NCBI GenBank assembly: GCA_963715335.1
Contig: CAVQRZ010000014.1
Location: 170,968 to 234,967 of the forward strand
Reading direction: 5' to 3'
DNA: 64,000 bases
From: an uncultured delta proteobacterium
Lineage (GTDB): Bacteria; Desulfobacterota; Desulfuromonadia; Desulfuromonadales; BM103
Shown: positions 62,050 through 64,000 of the stretch, piece by piece
Layout: each line of letters starts with the position of its first letter
Position numbering within the stretch: position 1 is the stretch's first letter
The notes under the pieces: generated by a model
Database searches by the model: none
Seen by the model: only the letters and a program-made list of their open reading frames with translations
Told to the model about the DNA's origin: nothing
Position numbers and translations under genes: made by a program

Positions 62050-62228
62050 GAACCACGCCCCTGACACAGATAAAATCTCTGACCTGACATTCCAACATCA
62101 ATTCCCAGATCACCTAAAGATTTACGAGACACTATTTTCAACACCGGAGGCTAAACAGAAGTGCACTGGTACAGGGCCGGTTTCAACAGTAAATTCCAAA
62201 GCCCCCTTTTATATTGTTGAAGAGCCAC

Positions 62229-63131
62229 CTAAAAATACTGGATCAGGGCATAGAGCAGGGGCAGGCTGGCAAAGGCTAGGATGATGCCGAGCCCGGCCAG
62301 GGCAATCGACAGCTCGACACCGAGCCCGGCCGCTGCGGCCAGGGCACTGGCGGTGACCATCGGCGGCATGCCGGCCTCGAAAATGGCGATGTCGGCAGCG
62401 AGACTGTTGAAACCGAGCAGGCGGCAGCCGATCAGGGCAACCAGGGGGGCGACCACCAGCTTGATGGCGAGTCCGGTGCCGAGCGGACTCAGGGTGGTCC
62501 GCCGCAGGCGCAGGGTCATCTGGTAGCCGATCGCCGTCATGACCAGCGGCGTCAGGGCCCCGGCCAGATTTTCCAGCGCCGTAGTCAGGGCCTGCGGGTA
62601 AGGCCAGCCGCGCAGCAGCAGGCCTGTCAGCAGGGCCGTTGTCGGCGGAAACAGCAGGGCGCGCAGGGCAATGGTCTTGATCCGGGTGTTTTCACCGGTG
62701 TAGATCGACAGGATAATCGAGCCGTAGGTGGCGAAGATCAGCATGGTGCCGATCTGGTCGTAGAGGATCAGGTGCGGGATGCCGGCCTCGCCGAAGAAGG
62801 CGTTGACCATCGGCACCCCCATGAACGAGGTGTTGCCGATCGGCACGATCAGCATCAGGGCCCCCGTCGACTGACGGGACCATCCGCACGGTTTCGCCAG
62901 CAGCTGGACGACGGCGGCTGAAAGCAGCAGCATGCACCAGGGCACCACGGCGGCGATGGCGTTCTGGCTGGTCAGGGTGAGAGTCGGGACCTTGAGCAGG
63001 ATGACTGCCGGCAGCGAGACGTAAAGCGCGAACATGTTCAGTACCTGTGCCGTCTCGGCGGGGAAAGCCTTGAGCCGCCGGAACAGGATGCCGAGGAACA
63101 CGAAGGTGCCGATCATGATAAAGTTTGCCAA
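62229..63131 (-). CDS. AEC (auxin efflux carrier) family transporter
   Basis: YVSLPA, GNTSFMGVP, IKLVVAP, EAGMPP. Confidence 0.9.
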   Translation of the reverse strand: MANFIMIGTFVFLGILFRRLKAFPAETAQVLNMFALYVSLPAVILLKVPTLTLTSQNAIAAVVPWCMLLLSAAVVQLLAKPCGWSRQSTGALMLIVPIGNTSFMGVPMVNAFFGEAGIPHLILYDQIGTMLIFATYGSIILSIYTGENTRIKTIALRALLFPPTTALLTGLLLRGWPYPQALTTALENLAGALTPLVMTAIGYQMTLRLRRTTLSPLGTGLAIKLVVAPLVALIGCRLLGFNSLAADIAIFEAGMPPMVTASALAAAAGLGVELSIALAGLGIILAFASLPLLYALIQYF

Positions 63132-63227
63132 GTGTCAGCTCCATGATTGTTTGACCGGGTGAAAATAACTTAAGCGGCGCAGTAACTCCAGCATAAAAGC
63201 TGTCGATGTGCGGCTTCTGGATGCTGT

Positions 63228-64000
63228 TCAGTCGAGCCTGTGCAGCCCCAGCCGTTTGTCAATCGCGCGGGCCTCGTGCAGCTCGCTGCGGTTCGGGCAC
63301 CGGTCAAGCCCTGGAAATCGGCTCGCCTGAAAACAGGGCCGGTACTGGCCCATCAGGTTGAGGCAGGTGGCGCGCGAGACCTCTTCGGCAATGAAAGTGA
63401 GCGTCTGTTCGGTGCCGGCAAGGCCTTCCGGCAGGACCAGGTGGCGGATCAGCAGGCCGCGCCGGGCGACGTTCGCCTCATCAAAGGCCAGGTCGCCGAC
63501 TTGCCGGTGCATTTCCAGTACCGCGCTGCGGTTGACCTCGGCGTAGTCGCTGACGCCGAGATAGGGTGCGGCAAGCTGTGAGTCTGAGAATTTCATGTCG
63601 GGCATGTAGATGTCGATCACGCCATCCATGAAGGCGAGACCTTCAGGGCTGTCGTAGCCGCCGCTGTTGTAGACCAAGGGTAGCTTCAGCCCCCGCTCTG
63701 CGGCAATGGTCAGTGCCGCCAGGATCTGCGGGATGACATGACTCGGCGAGACGAAGTTGATATTGTGGCAGCCGGCTGCCTGCAGTGAGAGCATCCGGTC
63801 TGCCAGGACGTTATCGTTTGTTTCCAGCCCTTCACCCTGGTGGCTGAGCTGCCAGTTCTGGCAGAAGACGCAGCCGAGGTTGCACCAACCGAAAAAGATG
63901 GTGCCGGAACCCCGGCGACCGGAGAGCGGCCGCTCTTCGCCGTGGTGCGGACCGACGTTGCAAACCACGGCGCGCTCGCCGGTCCGGCAGCGGCCCAGAC
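63228..64000 (-). CDS. Radical SAM protein, PflX-like (PFL-activating enzyme family); 5' end outside the window
   Basis: PHHGEE..SG..GSGTIFF..CNLGCVFCQN, HNINFVSPSH, DIYMPDMKF, RHLVLP. Confidence 0.9.
   Translation of the reverse strand, partial: LGRCRTGERAVVCNVGPHHGEERPLSGRRGSGTIFFGWCNLGCVFCQNWQLSHQGEGLETNDNVLADRMLSLQAAGCHNINFVSPSHVIPQILAALTIAAERGLKLPLVYNSGGYDSPEGLAFMDGVIDIYMPDMKFSDSQLAAPYLGVSDYAEVNRSAVLEMHRQVGDLAFDEANVARRGLLIRHLVLPEGLAGTEQTLTFIAEEVSRATCLNLMGQYRPCFQASRFPGLDRCPNRSELHEARAIDKRLGLHRLD

Overview
GC-rich bacterial chromosomal segment, most likely from a Desulfuromonadales/Geobacter-related deltaproteobacterium (inferred from the gene families and gene order). Most of it is housekeeping: an acetate-type solute symporter, trpS, lon, polA, the ffh-rpsP-KH-rimM-trmD-rplS-rnhB-yraN-nadE-rsmI block, ligA, and a dcw cluster from mraZ to ftsZ that lacks murB. 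Three things are not explained by the ORF track. (1) A decayed integron lies downstream of ftsZ. It has a frameshifted and truncated intI 5' remnant (55467-55555), an attI-like G|TT point at 55187, three consecutive toxin-antitoxin cassettes (HigBA, BrnT/CopG-like, YefM-YoeB) with their own promoters or operators, and attC sites of about 105-109 bp that are more damaged with distance from attI. (2) A second, integrase-less group of attC remnants of the same family lies at 6.6-9.2 kb, with an eroded TA cassette. (3) A dispersed non-coding element of about 420-490 bp (one copy partial) occurs four times. It is built from two outward-facing hairpin modules, shows compensatory base changes, carries a fixed-length 17-nt variable segment, and in two copies is bracketed by REP-like hairpins. 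Several single-base frameshifts (trmD, SphA-like gene, radical SAM gene) look like sequencing or assembly indels. No rRNA, tRNA or CRISPR array was seen.
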